Positions 39,638 to 50,200 of a stretch of DNA of 64,000 nt are shown here, in pieces. Under the pieces are notes generated by a model. It was not told where the DNA came from and searched no databases. It worked only from the letters and a program-made list of their open reading frames with translations. Each line of letters begins with the position of its first letter. The first letter of the stretch is position 1. The translations under genes were made by a program, and so were the position numbers. Origin of the DNA: Deinococcales bacterium (lineage in GTDB: Bacteria; Deinococcota; Deinococci; Deinococcales; JAAFIG01); the NCBI GenBank assembly GCA_031414595.1, contig JANNVX010000106.1, positions 1 through 64,000 of the forward strand, written 5' to 3'.

Positions 39638-40654
39638 ATGAAAACTTTTGGAGTGGCATTACTTGGCTGTGGACGCATGGGCATCGAACACGCCCGAACC
39701 TTGATTGGCATTGGCAACGCCAAAGTCGTCGCTGTTGCCGACCCGTTTGAAGCCTCCCGAGCCGCCGCCAAAGCCCTGACTCGAGCCGAATATGATTTTG
39801 TCAACCCAGTGGATGCCATTCATGCGCCTGGAGTAGATGCAGTGCTGATTGTTACGCCAACCCCGACCCACGCGCCGTTAATCGAAGCCGCAGCCAAGGC
39901 GGGTAAAGCAATTTTTTGCGAAAAACCTGTGGCGCTAGAATTGGCTCGTACCCAAGCCGCCCTCGAGATTGTGCAGCAAGCAGGTGTGCCTTTTCAAATT
40001 GGCTTTAATCGCCGTTTTGACCCGCCATTTATGCTGGCTAAACAAAAATTACTTAATGGCGAACTCGGCACAATTCGCCAATTTAGAGCCGTCGGACGTG
40101 ACCCAGCCCCACCCAGTCTCGAGTACCTGAGTATTTCGGGCGGACAATTTATAGACCAAGCGGTGCATGACCTCGACATTGCCCGTCATTTGGTGGGCGA
40201 AGTTGAAGAAGTCATGGTTTGGGGAACAGCCCACAACTCAGAAATTGCTGCCCTAGGCGACTCAGACACCACCACCACGATGCTGCGTTTTAAGAACGGG
40301 GCAATTGGGGTAATCGAAAACTCGAGAACCAGCACGTATGGCTATGATGTCACCACCGAAATTTTTGGTACAAATGGCAAATTGGTACTGGATGCCACGC
40401 CCAAAACCCCAGTCTGGCAATATGGACAAAATGCCAATGGCACAGGACAATTAAGCGCCGACCACTATGATTTTTTTATGGACAGGTTCAAAGAAGCCTA
40501 TAAACTCGAGTTAGAAGCCTTTTTTAAGAGTTTAGAAAACGGCACAACCCCAAATCCAAGTGCCGAAGATGCCTTTGAGAGCCTGCGTTTAGCGGTAGCA
40601 GCCACCCGTTCGTATCAAGAAAAACGTTCTGTCAAACTCGAGGAAATTGTTTAG
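39638..40654 (+). CDS. iolG: Inositol 2-dehydrogenase-like Gfo/Idh/MocA oxidoreductase
   Basis: GCGRMG, FCEKP, GFNRRFDP, RDP.PP, SGG.F.D..VHD.D and YGYD motifs. Confidence 0.78.
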   Translation: MKTFGVALLGCGRMGIEHARTLIGIGNAKVVAVADPFEASRAAAKALTRAEYDFVNPVDAIHAPGVDAVLIVTPTPTHAPLIEAAAKAGKAIFCEKPVALELARTQAALEIVQQAGVPFQIGFNRRFDPPFMLAKQKLLNGELGTIRQFRAVGRDPAPPSLEYLSISGGQFIDQAVHDLDIARHLVGEVEEVMVWGTAHNSEIAALGDSDTTTTMLRFKNGAIGVIENSRTSTYGYDVTTEIFGTNGKLVLDATPKTPVWQYGQNANGTGQLSADHYDFFMDRFKEAYKLELEAFFKSLENGTTPNPSAEDAFESLRLAVAATRSYQEKRSVKLEEIV

Positions 40655-40656
40655 GC

Positions 40657-40959
40657 TTATTCAAGTTCTATTTTAATACCACCGACCATGCCAGCAAAAA
40701 GATTGTAAAGTGCAGCATAAATTGCTCCGCCAATAAATCCAAAAAATCCGTATAGAACTGGGAAAAGAATAACCGCAACAATGCCTAAGCCCGAACCAAA
40801 ACCACCACTGTTTCCAAAACTACTGTTGTTTCCAAAATTACTCATCGCGCCACCAAAAGCGGCGATAAATAAACCGGCAATCAGTCCAAAGGTGGCGGTG
40901 GTCGCAGCCCCCATGATGGCGGCGGACATGACATCAATTCTTTTAATTATTTTTAGCAT
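40657..40959 (-). CDS. Small membrane protein (DUF3566-like)
   Basis: IKRID..SA, two TM segments and YNL.A...GGIKIELE; RBS GGAGG. Confidence 0.75.
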   Translation of the reverse strand: MLKIIKRIDVMSAAIMGAATTATFGLIAGLFIAAFGGAMSNFGNNSSFGNSGGFGSGLGIVAVILFPVLYGFFGFIGGAIYAALYNLFAGMVGGIKIELE

Positions 40960-41147
40960 AATTCCCTCCAGTAAGAATTGTACAACAACCAAAAGCAAAT
41001 ACATCAAAAAGCAGTAAAAAGACTATGCTGTTCGAGGAAAAATCTAAACGGGTTTCTCGAGCGAGGTATAACGTGCTATCTCGAGGGGCTGCCATTTTGC
41101 GGGTTCGTTAAGCCAGTGCATAGGCTCAACTCGAGTTAAAATAACCC

Positions 41148-43583
41148 ATGATTCCTTCTTCGGCTCGAGTGATAGTTGTGGGCGGCGGCATTGTCGGTGC
41201 AAGTGTGGCGTATCACCTGACCAAACTTGGCTGGTCGGAGGTGCTGCTGCTCGAGCAGAATGCCTTGGCGGGTGGCACGACTTGGCACGCGGCAGGCTTG
41301 GTCGGGCAACTGCGTACCAGCAACAGCATGACCAAAATCAATAAGTACAGCGTGGAACTCTATCCACGGCTCGAGGCAGAAACAGGTGTAGCCACAGGTT
41401 GGAAAACCACAGGCAGTTTGATTGTGGCAACCAGTTCTGAACGTATGATTCAGTTAGAACGCACCATGGCAATGGCAGAACTTTTTGGGGTTAAAGCCGA
41501 AATGATTAGCCCAGACTTGGCATTTACCAAATGGGGTTCGCTCATGCGGGTAGATGATGTGCTAGGCGCAGCATGGTTGCCCGATGATGGCAAGTGCTTA
41601 CCAAAAGAAACAGCGCTGGCACTGGCAAAAGGCGCAGAAATGGGTGGGGCAAGAATTCTCGAGAACATTCGGGTACTGGATATATTGCGCCAGAACGGGC
41701 GCGTGACGGGTGTACGAACACTTGATGGTGATATAGAGGCTGAATTTGTGGTGCTGTGCGGTGGAATGTGGACAAGGGAACTAGGGCTTAAAATTGGGGT
41801 GAACATCCCGCTTTTTCCTGTGGAGCATCATTATGTGGTCTCAGAACCAATTGATGGCGCATTTGATGAACTTCCAGTTGGGCGTGACCCGAATCGCTGT
41901 ATTTATTACCGTGGTGAGGGCAATAAAATTATGCTTGGGGCTTTTCAGGCATACACCAAACCTTGGGATGTGCAACCCGTTCCACTTGACTTTAGCAACG
42001 CCCTACTCGAGCCAGACTGGGCAAAGTACGCCGACCCATTAGCAGCAGGAAAATGGCGCATCCCAGCCCTCGAGAAAGCAAAATTTGAGAAGTTCGTCAA
42101 TGGTCCAGAATCGTTTACCCCAGATAATAATTTTTTAATGGGCGAAACCCCAGAACTGCACGGGCTTTTTGTGATGGCTGGTTTTAACAGTGTCGGCATT
42201 GCCAGTGCGGGTGGAGCAGGCAAGTATTTAGCCGAATGGATTGTGGATGGTGAGCCGAGCATTGACTTGTGGAGCGTGGACATTCGGCGGTTTGGCACAG
42301 CGCTTAACAATCGGGCTTTTTTGCGTGACCGTGTGACCGAAGTCTTAGGGCTGCATTATCAGATGGCGTATCCAAACCGTGAACCAACAACGGGGCGCAA
42401 TCTGCGCTTATCGCCTCTGCACAATGCACTCGAGAAAGCTGGGGCGTGTTTTGGGCAAAAAGCTGGGTTTGAACGCCCAAATTGGTTTGCTCGAGATGGC
42501 ATAGAACCTGTTGCCGAGTACGCTTGGGGGCGACAAAACTGGTTTCCTATGCACAAGCTAGAACATGATGCCACCAGAAAATCCGTGGCGGTTTTTGACC
42601 AATCTGCTTTTGCCAAACTCGAGTTGACAGGCAGAGATGCGCTTGGTGTTTTGCAGCGTTTATGCAGCAATCAAATAGATGTACCAATCGGTAAAGCGGT
42701 CTACACTGCCATGCCAAATTTGAGAGGTGGCTTTGAATCAGATTTAACGGTCTTGCGCCTCGGGGAACAACATTTTAGAATCATCACTGGCTCGAGCCAA
42801 GCGGTTCATGATGCCGATTGGATTCGGCGTAATGTTTTAGAAACCAAACAAGTCAGCCTAACCGATGTGACCGAGCAGTACGCAGTAATTGGGTTAATGG
42901 GTGCAAATTCTCGAGCAGTTCTCGAGGCACTAACTACAGCCGATATGAGCCATGAAGCCTTTGGGTTTGGTGAAGCAAAATACCTTGAACTGGGGTACTC
43001 GAGGGTGCTGGCGGTGCGGATTACTTATGTCGGCGAACTCGGTTGGGAATTGCATATTCCAAATAGCCAAGCTGCCCAAGTTTACGCGGATTTAATGCGG
43101 GTTGGCTTGAGTTACGGCATGCAAAACGCTGGGCATTACGCAATTAACTCGCTTCGGCTCGAGAAGGGCTATCGGGCGTGGGGCGCAGACATATCGCCAG
43201 AGGACACGATTCTCGAGGCTGGATTGGGCTTTGCGGTAGATTGGAGCAAAGAATTTATTGGTAAAGCGGCGCTACAAAAACAAAAACAAAATGGTTTAAC
43301 CCGAATGCTGGTTTCTTTTGTTCTCGAGAACCCCGAAGCCATGCTGTGGGGTTCAGAACCGATTCTGCGCGATGGCGTGACAGTTGGCTACACGACTTCG
43401 GGCAGTTACGGGCATACGCTTGGGGCAGCCGTTGCTATGGGGTACGTCAAAAACTCGAGCGGTCTGGATTCGGCTTGGGTCAGGGCTGGGCAGTATGAAA
43501 TTGTGGTGAATAGTGCAAAATATCCCGCTAAACCGTTTTTGCGTTCGCCATTCGACCCTGACCGTCAACGCATTTTGCAGTAA
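41148..43583 (+). CDS. GcvT-family FAD-dependent dehydrogenase (sarcosine/dimethylglycine dehydrogenase-like)
   Basis: GGGIVG, GTTWHAAG, NGPESFTPD, GFERPNWF, YVGELGWE and LRLEKGYR motifs. Confidence 0.92.
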   Translation: MIPSSARVIVVGGGIVGASVAYHLTKLGWSEVLLLEQNALAGGTTWHAAGLVGQLRTSNSMTKINKYSVELYPRLEAETGVATGWKTTGSLIVATSSERMIQLERTMAMAELFGVKAEMISPDLAFTKWGSLMRVDDVLGAAWLPDDGKCLPKETALALAKGAEMGGARILENIRVLDILRQNGRVTGVRTLDGDIEAEFVVLCGGMWTRELGLKIGVNIPLFPVEHHYVVSEPIDGAFDELPVGRDPNRCIYYRGEGNKIMLGAFQAYTKPWDVQPVPLDFSNALLEPDWAKYADPLAAGKWRIPALEKAKFEKFVNGPESFTPDNNFLMGETPELHGLFVMAGFNSVGIASAGGAGKYLAEWIVDGEPSIDLWSVDIRRFGTALNNRAFLRDRVTEVLGLHYQMAYPNREPTTGRNLRLSPLHNALEKAGACFGQKAGFERPNWFARDGIEPVAEYAWGRQNWFPMHKLEHDATRKSVAVFDQSAFAKLELTGRDALGVLQRLCSNQIDVPIGKAVYTAMPNLRGGFESDLTVLRLGEQHFRIITGSSQAVHDADWIRRNVLETKQVSLTDVTEQYAVIGLMGANSRAVLEALTTADMSHEAFGFGEAKYLELGYSRVLAVRITYVGELGWELHIPNSQAAQVYADLMRVGLSYGMQNAGHYAINSLRLEKGYRAWGADISPEDTILEAGLGFAVDWSKEFIGKAALQKQKQNGLTRMLVSFVLENPEAMLWGSEPILRDGVTVGYTTSGSYGHTLGAAVAMGYVKNSSGLDSAWVRAGQYEIVVNSAKYPAKPFLRSPFDPDRQRILQ

Positions 43584-43686
43584 GCTCAAACCTTGGGAAC
43601 TTTTTAAGCAGTCCACCATCCAATGAACTGTAGCGGGGCTAAATGTTTTACATTTGGCTTTTCGCGCAACAATTATTGGAGGTTTT

Positions 43687-44535
43687 ATGAAAAAGTCTTT
43701 TGTGATGGCTGCCTTGTCGTGTCTTGCCCCGATTGCCCTGTTTGGTTGCCAAACGGCTGTGCCGAACGCCCCGATTTATGCCATCAGTTATGCTGCTGGT
43801 ACGCAACAGAACCAAGTGATTGCCGCAGGGTCAAGTGCCACATTAGCGGTCAGTGTCTCGAGCAATACTGGTGGTGCAGTGTCTGGTTTACTTTTAAGCG
43901 CTACGGTCAACAATGGGTATTGCAGCTTGCCTAATGCTACGGTCAGCACCGATGCCAGTGGCAATGCCAGCTTTGCTGTTTTGGCGGGCAGTGGTGGTAA
44001 TTTGTCTTGTACTGTCGGTATTACTTTACCCAGTGTCAATGCTTCTCGAGCCACGGTTAATTTTACAGTCAACATTCGGGCGATTCAACGGGTTCTTACT
44101 TCGCCTGTCAGCAGTTTAAGCCTTGCGACAGTTCCCACCCCAACCACGATAAATTTAGCCAGTACCACCGCCCAGATGACCTTATCCAGTCCAAACGCCG
44201 TGTTGGGTTCTGCCAATGACAGTTTGAACTTGCGAATCGGTAACTTACCAGCCTTGCCTAATTCGTTTACTTATGTTCTTTGGGCAACCAATGCTGCCAG
44301 CCAGACCACGGGTTTGGAGGCGTTTCGCAATGCTTCTAATACACCGTTGTCCATTGGTTTTAATGCCACACCTCCTGCCAATACTGGCACAAACAGCCCA
44401 GTCACACCTGTGGACAACAAAACCAATTACAACAGGGTTTTTGTGACCGTCGAGTCTGGTTCGGCAATTCCAGCCACACCCAGCACCCAGATTGCTTTGG
44501 ATACTGGCTCGAGTCTTTTTGTGCAAGGCAAATAG
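43687..44535 (+). CDS. Lipoprotein with Ig-like domain and RskA-like C-terminal domain
   Basis: RBS GGAGG, lipobox LFGC, TDASGNASF (Big-1-like) and YVLW...VFVTVES. Confidence 0.7.
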   Translation: MKKSFVMAALSCLAPIALFGCQTAVPNAPIYAISYAAGTQQNQVIAAGSSATLAVSVSSNTGGAVSGLLLSATVNNGYCSLPNATVSTDASGNASFAVLAGSGGNLSCTVGITLPSVNASRATVNFTVNIRAIQRVLTSPVSSLSLATVPTPTTINLASTTAQMTLSSPNAVLGSANDSLNLRIGNLPALPNSFTYVLWATNAASQTTGLEAFRNASNTPLSIGFNATPPANTGTNSPVTPVDNKTNYNRVFVTVESGSAIPATPSTQIALDTGSSLFVQGK

Positions 44536-44553
44536 TTGTGTAGACTCTAGGGC

Positions 44554-46152
44554 ATGTTTGATTTACTGATTAAAAATGCTCGAGTCGTGGATGGAATGAA
44601 CAACCTGTGGTTTTGGGGTGAAGTGGCGGTCACGGCAGATAAAATCGTGGCGGTCGGACACCCCAATAGTCTTGGTCAGGCTAGAGAAGTGCTTGATGCG
44701 GCTGGCTTGGTGCTTGCTCCGGGCTTTATTGATATTCAGAGCCATAGCATTGTGCCACTGATGCGGGACGGGCGTTGTCTTGGTAAAGTCTTTCAGGGCG
44801 TGACTTTAGAGGTCATGGGTGAAGGCTGGACTCCCGCGCCGTTTGGTGGACTGCGCCAAACCCCAATTCCCCCCAGTTACCCTGTGCCAGAAGTTTGGCG
44901 CGAGAAAGCCAAGACTTGGACGCGCTTTGCCGATTGGCTCGAGGCATTCGAGGGGCAAGTGAGTGTCAATGTGGCTTCGTTCTTGGCGGGTGGGACGCTG
45001 CGTGAATTTGTCTGCGGGATGCAAATGGGGCAAGCCAATACAGTGCAACTCGAGCAGATGCGACAGATAACAACAGAAGCCATGCAGGACGGCGCAATGG
45101 GTGTGGCGTATGCTTTAATTTATCCACCTGATGCCTATTGCCAGACAGCCGAAATTATTGAAGTCTGTAAGGTCGTGGCGCAGTACGGCGGGGTCTACAT
45201 TACCCATTTGCGTTCCGAAGGCGATACCTTTCTCGAGGCGTTAGACGAAGCGATTCTGATTGGGCGTGAAGCATCTGTACCAGTCGAGGTCTACCACCTA
45301 AAAGCCAGTGGTGAACGCAATTGGCACAAAATGCCAGATGCTATTCAGAAAATAAAAAATGCCCGAGCTTACGGGGTGGACATCACCGCTGATATGTACC
45401 CCTATCCCGCTTCCGGCACGGGTTTGGATGCGCTCTTGCCAACGTGGGTCAGTGCGGACAATTTGTTCTGGGATAATCTCGAGAACCCCGAAATTCGCGC
45501 TAAAATTCGTGAAGAAGTGCTGTTTGGCACAGGTGACATGAACAGTCGCCCTGAGCAAATCATGCCCGTTGGTTTTCGGCGCACGGAACATTTGCAATAC
45601 GTGGGGCTAAAACTCTCCGAGATTGCTGTGGCTCGAGGGCAGCACTGGGTGGATACGGTTTTTTCTTTGTTGCTGCTTGAACGTCAACGCATCGGCACAA
45701 TTTATTTTACCATGACCGAAGACAATTTGCGTTTGCAACTGCAACAGCCTTTTGTCAAGGTTTCCTCGGATGCCGGTGGGCATGACCCAGCCTCGGCACT
45801 TGAGGCGGTGCATCCGCGTGGCTATGGGACGTTCCCTCGAGTCCTGAGAAAGTACGTGCGTGAAGAGGGTTTACTTTCACTCGAGAGTGCAATCCATAAA
45901 ATGACGGGAATGGTGGCACAGCGTTTAGGGCTTCTTGACCGTGGGCGAATCACCGTGGGGGCTTTTGCCGATTTGGTTTTATTTGACCCAGACACAATCG
46001 CGGACTTAGCCACCTTTGAAGCGCCACATCAGTTATCGGTGGGGGTGCAAGATGTTTGGGTTAATGGAGTGCGGATTCTCGAGAATAGTGTCCATACGGG
46101 TGCAACTCCCGGGCGTTTTGTGCGTGGGGCTGGGGCAAAAACGCAGGGGTAA
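44554..46152 (+). CDS. N-acyl-D-amino-acid deacylase (amidohydrolase)
   Basis: APGFIDIQSHS, HLRSEG, YHLK, DMYPY, SSD, HPRGYGTFPR and ADLVLFDP motifs. Confidence 0.9.
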   Translation: MFDLLIKNARVVDGMNNLWFWGEVAVTADKIVAVGHPNSLGQAREVLDAAGLVLAPGFIDIQSHSIVPLMRDGRCLGKVFQGVTLEVMGEGWTPAPFGGLRQTPIPPSYPVPEVWREKAKTWTRFADWLEAFEGQVSVNVASFLAGGTLREFVCGMQMGQANTVQLEQMRQITTEAMQDGAMGVAYALIYPPDAYCQTAEIIEVCKVVAQYGGVYITHLRSEGDTFLEALDEAILIGREASVPVEVYHLKASGERNWHKMPDAIQKIKNARAYGVDITADMYPYPASGTGLDALLPTWVSADNLFWDNLENPEIRAKIREEVLFGTGDMNSRPEQIMPVGFRRTEHLQYVGLKLSEIAVARGQHWVDTVFSLLLLERQRIGTIYFTMTEDNLRLQLQQPFVKVSSDAGGHDPASALEAVHPRGYGTFPRVLRKYVREEGLLSLESAIHKMTGMVAQRLGLLDRGRITVGAFADLVLFDPDTIADLATFEAPHQLSVGVQDVWVNGVRILENSVHTGATPGRFVRGAGAKTQG

Positions 46153-46153
46153 C

Positions 46154-47263
46154 TCATTTTAAGCCGCGTGGGATTAGCCTAAACTCGAGTTGGCGCAAAC
46201 TCGAATTGACCAACAATGCCAGTATTAAAGTGGGAATCGCTCCCAGCAGCACTCGGTCTATTGCCCCACTGCCCAGTCCAGTAAAAATAAATCCGCCAAG
46301 TCCACCCGCGCCAATCAGACTCGATAAAGCCGTTAAGCCAATTAAACTAACCGCCGCCAGCCGTAAACCTTGGAGCAGTAAAGGCACAGCCAGAGGTACT
46401 TGCACTTGCCAAAAAAGTTGTTTTTGGGTGAAGCCTAAACCTCGAGCCGCTTCCAGTGGCGCTTCTGGGACATTTTGCAAACCAAGAATTGTACCGCGCA
46501 GCACAGGTAAAACACCATATAAAGTCAGGGCGGTCAGGGCGGGTGCAAAGCCAATGCCACGAATCCCAAGTGTCTCGAGAATTGGAAAGTTTTTGGCTAA
46601 AGCGCTAAAAAATGGAATCAGTAAAGCAAATAAGGCAATGCTCGGCACAGTTTGCAGGGCATTGGCAAGACCAAGGGCGACACTCGAGATGCGTGGACGA
46701 AAAGCAGCATATGCCCCGATTAAACCACCCAGTAAACTCGAAAGTACCCATGCAGCAAAGGCAAGTTGAATATGATGCAGCAGTTCTTGCCAGAATTCGG
46801 ATTGGTTGGCGCTGTATTCGCGCAAGACACTTAAATAATCCAATCCACCCGTCAGTAAAAAACCAATCCCAAACACAATCCCAAGACTGCTGAGCCACAA
46901 TTGACGCATCCCCAGCGCCCCCGCATACGCTACCAGCCATGCACCCAGCAGCAGCAACCAATATCCACTGGCAGGCGCAACCCTCGAGATTGGATTTACC
47001 CCCAGTTCACGGCTACTCAGACTTAGCAAAGCCAATAAAAGCAAGAACATAAAATTCCCGAGCAGCATCAGTGCTAGAGACTTTATTTTTGAAAAAGCCA
47101 AAAAAAAGGCTAAAAAAAGAAGTGGTAGAAGCAAAAAAAACATTGGTAAACCAAAAATTCCCACCGAATTTCCAACCACCAAACGATTGGCTTTAACAAT
47201 CAATAATGGCAAAAACATCCCCAGACCAGCAAGGCTTAGACCTAGAACAGCAATTTTATTCAT
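46154..47263 (-). CDS. Osmoprotectant-type ABC permease (YehY-like)
   Basis: ANRL..G, QTVPSIALF, EAARGLG (EAA loop) and IGAGGLG motifs. Confidence 0.87.
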   Translation of the reverse strand: MNKIAVLGLSLAGLGMFLPLLIVKANRLVVGNSVGIFGLPMFFLLLPLLFLAFFLAFSKIKSLALMLLGNFMFLLLLALLSLSSRELGVNPISRVAPASGYWLLLLGAWLVAYAGALGMRQLWLSSLGIVFGIGFLLTGGLDYLSVLREYSANQSEFWQELLHHIQLAFAAWVLSSLLGGLIGAYAAFRPRISSVALGLANALQTVPSIALFALLIPFFSALAKNFPILETLGIRGIGFAPALTALTLYGVLPVLRGTILGLQNVPEAPLEAARGLGFTQKQLFWQVQVPLAVPLLLQGLRLAAVSLIGLTALSSLIGAGGLGGFIFTGLGSGAIDRVLLGAIPTLILALLVNSSLRQLEFRLIPRGLK

Positions 47264-47266
47264 GCC

Positions 47267-50200
47267 TTAGCGTTGATCCTTTTCACCTTTGATAATTTGC
47301 GGGTAGCCTGTCATGGCTCTCGAGGTTTGCATTCCCGCCATGACTGCGGCTTCGACACAACCTGCGTTTAAGCCCGTTTTGATCCAGTCACCCGTTAAAT
47401 ACAGGTTATCAAAGCCACTTTGGTTGGTCTCGAGCCGGGTGGCAGTGCTGTTTACAACACTTAAAACATATTGTTCGGACGGGTCTATGTTGGCTCGCCA
47501 GTATTGGCTGTTAAAACGGTCTTGTCCAATGGCGCTGCTGCTGTCGGTCAGCCAATCCCAGTGGAATGCACCATTATTGGCAGCCTCGGGCATCAGAGGC
47601 TGCATTTGATTTTGTAATTGGTTTATGGCGTTTTGTTTGACCTGCGCGGCGATTACGGCGGGGAAACTCGAGTCGGTAAACGGTGGGTATGAAGCCACAG
47701 GTAAGGCACTGCAAAAGTACGAAACATTCTTTGGGTCTTGGTTGCCCGCTTTCCAGTCCTCACGGATTAAAAGCTGATCCATGGCTGCCCAAGTGTCAAA
47801 CGGTTCGGTGTAGCCACTCAGTACGGGTTGCTGACCGTTGGGTTGGTATGTCCAACCGAGTTCGGCGAGGTCTTTGGTCAGCCAGACTTGATAGGCTTGG
47901 GTTGCCACGGTCTGGACAGCATTGTTCATGGTACTTAAGGCTTGGCTCTGCTCGAGGAGTTGCGGGCAAAGGCTGCTCAGTGCGCCTTTGGAAATTCCAA
48001 AAATAATCTGGTCAAAGTCTTTGCCTTGCTCTAAAGTAATGCTTGGCAGAGGTTGCCCAAAATGTTCTTGGTAGACCGTACCCCAGTTGCTCCAACTGCT
48101 TTCTAAGTTGATGTTGTTGGCTTGCAGCAGTGCCGCTTCTTCGGGCAGGATTTGGTCATAATTGGGGGTGCTGCCCCAACAGGCTAAGCCCTTCACATAC
48201 ACGAGGGGTTGATACTGCTCTATACCGCTCGAGACATGGACTTGTTGAGTCAGCTTAATACTCGAGATGCTGTTTTTTGTCGGAATCAGTTCGTTCACCT
48301 GATGAAAAAACTTAAATTTCACGCCTCGAGCTTGCAGCACTTGATAAAGCGGCGAGAACACTGTGTCGCCCATGCCCGCCTGCATCTTGTACATGATGCT
48401 GCCTTTATAGGCTAAACCAATCAGCATCATGGCACGAAGTAGTGTTCCAGCTTCGGCGTTGGGTTTGGAAAAATCCCCATTTTCATAGGCGAACACAAGG
48501 TCATAAAAACCACGGACTGGCGCGGAATCCACCGTAAATTCTTGGTTTGCCCCGTGTTTAGTCAGCCAGTTCTTAAAATCTATGTTGTTGATAATGTCAA
48601 AGCCATGCTCTAAAACCCCATCCTCGAGAATGCCTATCAGCACCGTAATCCCTAAGTCTAAGCAAATAAAAATCCGCCGCAGGGTATCGTTGCTCTCGAG
48701 TTTTTGCGTCAGGAAATGTTCTAACCATTTTTTGATACCACGCAGCGCTGCACTTATCCACGAACGGTCTTGGTGATTTTGCAAATTGGCGAATACACCC
48801 TCCAAAGCCAGAACCGCCACTCGAGCATCCCCAGCCAAGTCTTGGACATCTTTTTCGGCGGTTGCCGCCAATTGATGCAGCCAATCGGGGTGTTGAATGG
48901 CACTGGATAACACAGGTTGGGCGCTGGCTTCGTGGGCTTGATGTATCCAGGTGCTAATCCAAGTCCAAAGCAGTTTAGCCGCTTGAAGCAGCCCAAGTGA
49001 TTCTGGGCTGCTTCCGGGGGTGTCCTTGTTTTTTGGAAACTCGAGATTCCAGATTTTCCAGTTTTCCTCAATATACTCAGTCAGCACAATGTAATCGTGC
49101 GGCTTAAAGGCATCTTGCCAAGTCGCAAGCGGCGCTCCAGCAGGTCGGTTTAAGGTGGCGTAGGCTTCTTGAATCATCGCAAAAGCATTTTCGTAAAATC
49201 CAAACCAAATGTGCAGCCCATGTTCTTCGATACGTTGTCCAAAAGCAGCGTTGCGTCCGCTTGCGCCTTTGCCGCCCAAACGCCAGCCAAGTTGATAAAC
49301 CGTGATTTCGTACTGGTCTTGCCAGCCCGCTTGGTTGGTCAGGTAATAGGCAGCCGTCATTGAACCCACCCCGCCGCCCAGCACCGCGATTTTCTTTGGG
49401 GCTAAACGGCTGTTGTCGTGCAGCACCTCGCCAGCCGGAACAGAAAAATCAAAATTGAGGTTAAACGGCAAAATAGCGGTTTGTGTGCCAAGGCTTAAAC
49501 CCAAGGAATCGGCAAGTGGAAAACTGGCAACTTGGTGCAGTGTGACTTGGTAATCGTAACCCAACAAAGCAACCGAGTGAATTTTATCTATTCTAGCTGG
49601 GGCAGCTAAAACCGCTTGGTAAACGGCTTTTTCGCCAGCCGAATCGGGAAATTGTTTTAAGAAAATCTGGTCTATGCGCGGTACAAGCAGCATCGAAACC
49701 AAATCTGCCCAGCCAACAATAGAGACATCCAAAAAATTTGGCAGGGTTTTTAGGAGTTCAAGCATTTCTTTGATTAACGTAAGGAAATCCTTGACTGGAC
49801 GGTGCGGGCGGTTGGTGTGGATGGCGCTGACCTCGAGAAGCGGCAGCCAAGCAATTTCGGTGCTGCTCGAGAATGGCTCGAAGGCTTTGACATTGAGGGT
49901 GCAGTTTAGGGGGTCACTGCCGGGTTCGGGCATGGTGTACTGACAATCGTATTTAGGATAGCCAAACAGTTCGCGTCCGTTAATCAGTGCCATTGTGTCA
50001 TTGACCCAAATATGAAACGGATAAAAGAATACGCGCTCGAGTTTATTGGCTGCGTCCATCTGTCCAACCATAATCCAGGTAATGATGTCGGTTTCTTGAA
50101 TCCAACCCTTATCTTCATCAATTGGGTACTGGGAATAGGCATGTTGAACTCGAGTAAAAGTCAGTAGTACATAGGGCGACAAAACCTGAAATCTCAGTTT

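Noticed and set aside
46206-46769. Long antisense ORFs (also 10654-11289, 17840-18316, 26494-26973, 27618-28181, 28755-29261)
   Set aside because: They are shadows of well-supported genes on the opposite strand and have no recognisable motifs.
41148-47263. Glycine-betaine catabolic cluster (GcvT-family dehydrogenase plus osmoprotectant permease)
   Set aside because: The genes are on opposite strands, are separated by unrelated genes with their own promoters, and the other transporter subunits are missing.
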